Below, one piece after another: positions 62,242-64,000 of a DNA stretch of 64,000 bases. The notes under the pieces were generated by a model, which did no database searches, was not told the origin of the DNA, and saw only the letters and a program-made list of their open reading frames with translations. Made by a program: the position numbers and the translations under genes. This stretch comes from an uncultured Coriobacteriales bacterium. GTDB taxonomy: Bacteria; Actinomycetota; Coriobacteriia; Anaerosomatales; CAVXGS01. The stretch spans positions 702,413-766,412 of the forward strand of contig CAVXGS010000002.1 in the NCBI GenBank assembly GCA_963761535.1. The letters run 5' to 3'. Within the stretch, counting starts at the first letter, position 1. Every line of letters starts with the position of its first letter.

Positions 62242-62946
62242 CTACTGATTCGAAGTCGGGACGGGACCGGTCGCGGGAGGAATAGCGGTATTGGAGGCGG
62301 CCTGGGGGACCGTGTACGCCTCGAGCCGCAGGTTGGTGAACTCGGTCGTCTTCGCCGAGGCAGTCTGGTCCTGGCCCGAGGTCGAGCCGTTGCCGGTGTT
62401 CGACGAAGCGTTGTACTCGACGATCCTTACGGCACGGGTCATGTGCTGGATCCGGTTCATGAAGTCGATCGTGTCCGACCACGAGCCGCTGATGCTGACC
62501 TCCATGGGCATGACCACGTACGTGCCGGCCTTGTTCGCGGCAGCGTTCGTCGACGTCGCCGTCGCGCCGGGCTGTCCCGGCTGCTGCGCGGCGGCGGCCG
62601 TGCTCGAAATCGGATCGTCGGGACGCAGGCCCTCGAAGTTCACGCCGGACTGCAGGGCGATGTCCTGCAGCTCGATGATGAGCGACGGGAGCTCGGGGGT
62701 CTCGGGAACCGCGTTCGCGAGCCGCAGATAGGCGGCGTCGGTCTGCGCGGCCCGATCCTTCATGTCCTGGCGCTGGAGCAGCAGAGCGTTGGCCTCGTCG
62801 ACCTCGGCCTCGGCGGCCTTGATCTGCTCGCCGATGGTCGCGATGGTGTTGACCTGCGGATAGATCAGCAGCAGGCCGGCGATCACTGCGAGGACGAAGA
62901 TGCCCGCTGCGACCAGGATGAGTTTGTCTCTCGGTGAGATTCGCAT
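62242..62946 (-). CDS. pilO: Type IV pilus assembly protein PilO
   Basis: 234 aa with N-terminal TM, coiled coil and C-terminal ferredoxin-like domain; immediately after pilN. Confidence 0.6.
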   Translation of the reverse strand: MRISPRDKLILVAAGIFVLAVIAGLLLIYPQVNTIATIGEQIKAAEAEVDEANALLLQRQDMKDRAAQTDAAYLRLANAVPETPELPSLIIELQDIALQSGVNFEGLRPDDPISSTAAAAQQPGQPGATATSTNAAANKAGTYVVMPMEVSISGSWSDTIDFMNRIQHMTRAVRIVEYNASSNTGNGSTSGQDQTASAKTTEFTNLRLEAYTVPQAASNTAIPPATGPVPTSNQ

Positions 62947-62961
62947 CGTCTCTTCCTTGGG

Positions 62962-63615
62962 CTACTGACCGGCTGGAGGCGGGGCAAGCACGGCCGTGGT
63001 CGTCGCGGTTGCGTTGGTCGAGGGCGTCGCGACCTTGGCCGTTGCCTGGAACTGCAGGGTGGGAGCGGAGTCGTCCGTCGCCTGCTGTCCGGTGCCGCTG
63101 TACTCGGCGACGGTGGCGTTGGTCAGCCAGAGGTCGTAGAGCTCGGGCATCGCGTTCAGCAGTACGAGCATCTTGGCGATGGACTTGTAGCTCTCGGCCG
63201 AGGAGTCCGGGTTCGCGTTGGGCGTGTAGCCCGAGATCGTGAGTCCCGTGTCCTCGTTGCCCTCGATGCTGGTCAGCCAGATCTCGTCAGGCAGGATCAT
63301 CGAGATGTCGCGCGAGAGCGCGGCCCAGTTCACGCGACCAGAAAGCGCGACCTGCGTGACCGATGCCTTCGTGACGAGGTCGCCTTCCTTCTGCTCGAAC
63401 ACTGCGAACTGAGCGGCCTGCGCGTTCAACTGCGCTGCCTGGCTCTTGTACTCCTGGAGCGTGGCCCGCTCGCTGTTCGTGTACCAGAACAGGCCGAAGG
63501 CCACGGTGCCGATGGCGGCGAACACGACAAACCCCATCAGGAACACCAACGGATAGTACCGGTCCCACTTGCGGCGCTCCTGGATCTCGGGAGGCAGGAG
63601 GTTGATGCGGACCAT
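62962..63615 (-). CDS. pilN: Type IV pilus assembly protein PilN
   Basis: Diagnostic start MVRINLLPPEIQERRKW, TM, then coiled coil. Confidence 0.7.
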   Translation of the reverse strand: MVRINLLPPEIQERRKWDRYYPLVFLMGFVVFAAIGTVAFGLFWYTNSERATLQEYKSQAAQLNAQAAQFAVFEQKEGDLVTKASVTQVALSGRVNWAALSRDISMILPDEIWLTSIEGNEDTGLTISGYTPNANPDSSAESYKSIAKMLVLLNAMPELYDLWLTNATVAEYSGTGQQATDDSAPTLQFQATAKVATPSTNATATTTAVLAPPPAGQ

Positions 63616-64000
63616 CTAGTCGACACCTCCCATGGCCAGTCCGACCGCGGCAGCACTGCCCATGCGATCGGCGATGACGAGGTCGCTGGAGCCGTTCATC
63701 GAGATCCGCGCGAGCGGGTCGCCGATGAGGACTTGCGTTTGGAGCCCGCGCTCGAGATGCGTGGGCAGGTGGCGGAGCATCGCACCGCTGCCGGAGAGCA
63801 GGATGCGGCGGATCACGTGGGACTGGGTCGCCTGGGTCAGGTAGTAGTCAAGCGACCGGCGCACCTCGGCGACGAACTTGGTCATCTCGCGCTCGAGGGC
63901 GTCTTGCGCGGCCTTGGTCCGCTCGTCGAGCGGCATGCTGGGCGCCTGTCCGTCAGGAGCGGGCAGCCCCACCTGGTTCTTGAGCATCTCGGCCTCGTCG
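63616..64000 (-). CDS. pilM: Type IV pilus assembly ATPase-like protein PilM, C-terminal part (the N-terminus lies beyond the window end)
   Basis: Actin-like C-terminal subdomain ending ...SDLVIADRMGSAAAVGLAMGGVD. The frame stays open through position 64000. Confidence 0.65.
   Translation of the reverse strand, partial: DEAEMLKNQVGLPAPDGQAPSMPLDERTKAAQDALEREMTKFVAEVRRSLDYYLTQATQSHVIRRILLSGSGAMLRHLPTHLERGLQTQVLIGDPLARISMNGSSDLVIADRMGSAAAVGLAMGGVD

Overview
This is a 64 kb, very GC-rich (about 70%) chromosomal segment. It is almost completely gene-dense, with most genes on the minus strand. I found no rRNA, tRNA, CRISPR array or obvious mobile element.

Gene content, read along the minus strand from high to low coordinates:
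- Type IV pilus inner-membrane cassette: pilM (partial), pilN, pilO and a PilP-like gene.
- Shikimate genes aroC, aroK, aroB, aroQ.
- Xaa-Pro aminopeptidase and efp.
- A carboxyltransferase+biotinyl fusion gene followed by a biotin carboxylase (two-subunit pyruvate-carboxylase-like).
- asp23, nusB, an xseB with an acidic tail, dxs, tlyA, nadK, recN, steA, steB.
- A plus-strand pair (GT2 glycosyltransferase, murJ) facing a large exported/polytopic membrane protein that is translationally coupled to a MraY/WecA-family transferase.
- pyrG, an M20 peptidase, a DUF3866 gene, ald, a 762-aa flotillin, xerD.
- A BMP-family nucleoside-type ABC transporter.
- Three small plus-strand genes (including a DUF4349 gene) divergent from mraZ.
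- The complete division/cell-wall cluster mraZ-rsmH-ftsL-ftsI-murE-murF-mraY-murD-ftsW-murG-murC-murB-ftsQ-ftsZ. It has no ftsA, and murB sits inside the cluster.
- A DUF4013 membrane protein, pgeF, pstS-pstC-pstA-pstB-phoU, and yggS (partial).

The gene order points to a deep-branching high-GC actinobacterium-like organism.

At least 17 genes are split by single-base indels, including the essential genes ftsI, murD, murF, rsmH and efp. Most can be rejoined by removing one inserted nucleotide, so these are most likely assembly errors rather than pseudogenes. Several very long ORFs in the six-frame track are artefacts of these errors.

The most unusual content is a four-gene envelope locus at 38560-44456, made up of the exported/polytopic protein, the MraY/WecA-family transferase, murJ and the GT2 gene, inserted into the conserved recN-steA-steB-pyrG-xerD backbone. 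Also unusual is the DUF4013 gene with a Pro/Ala-repeat tail lying between ftsZ and pgeF.
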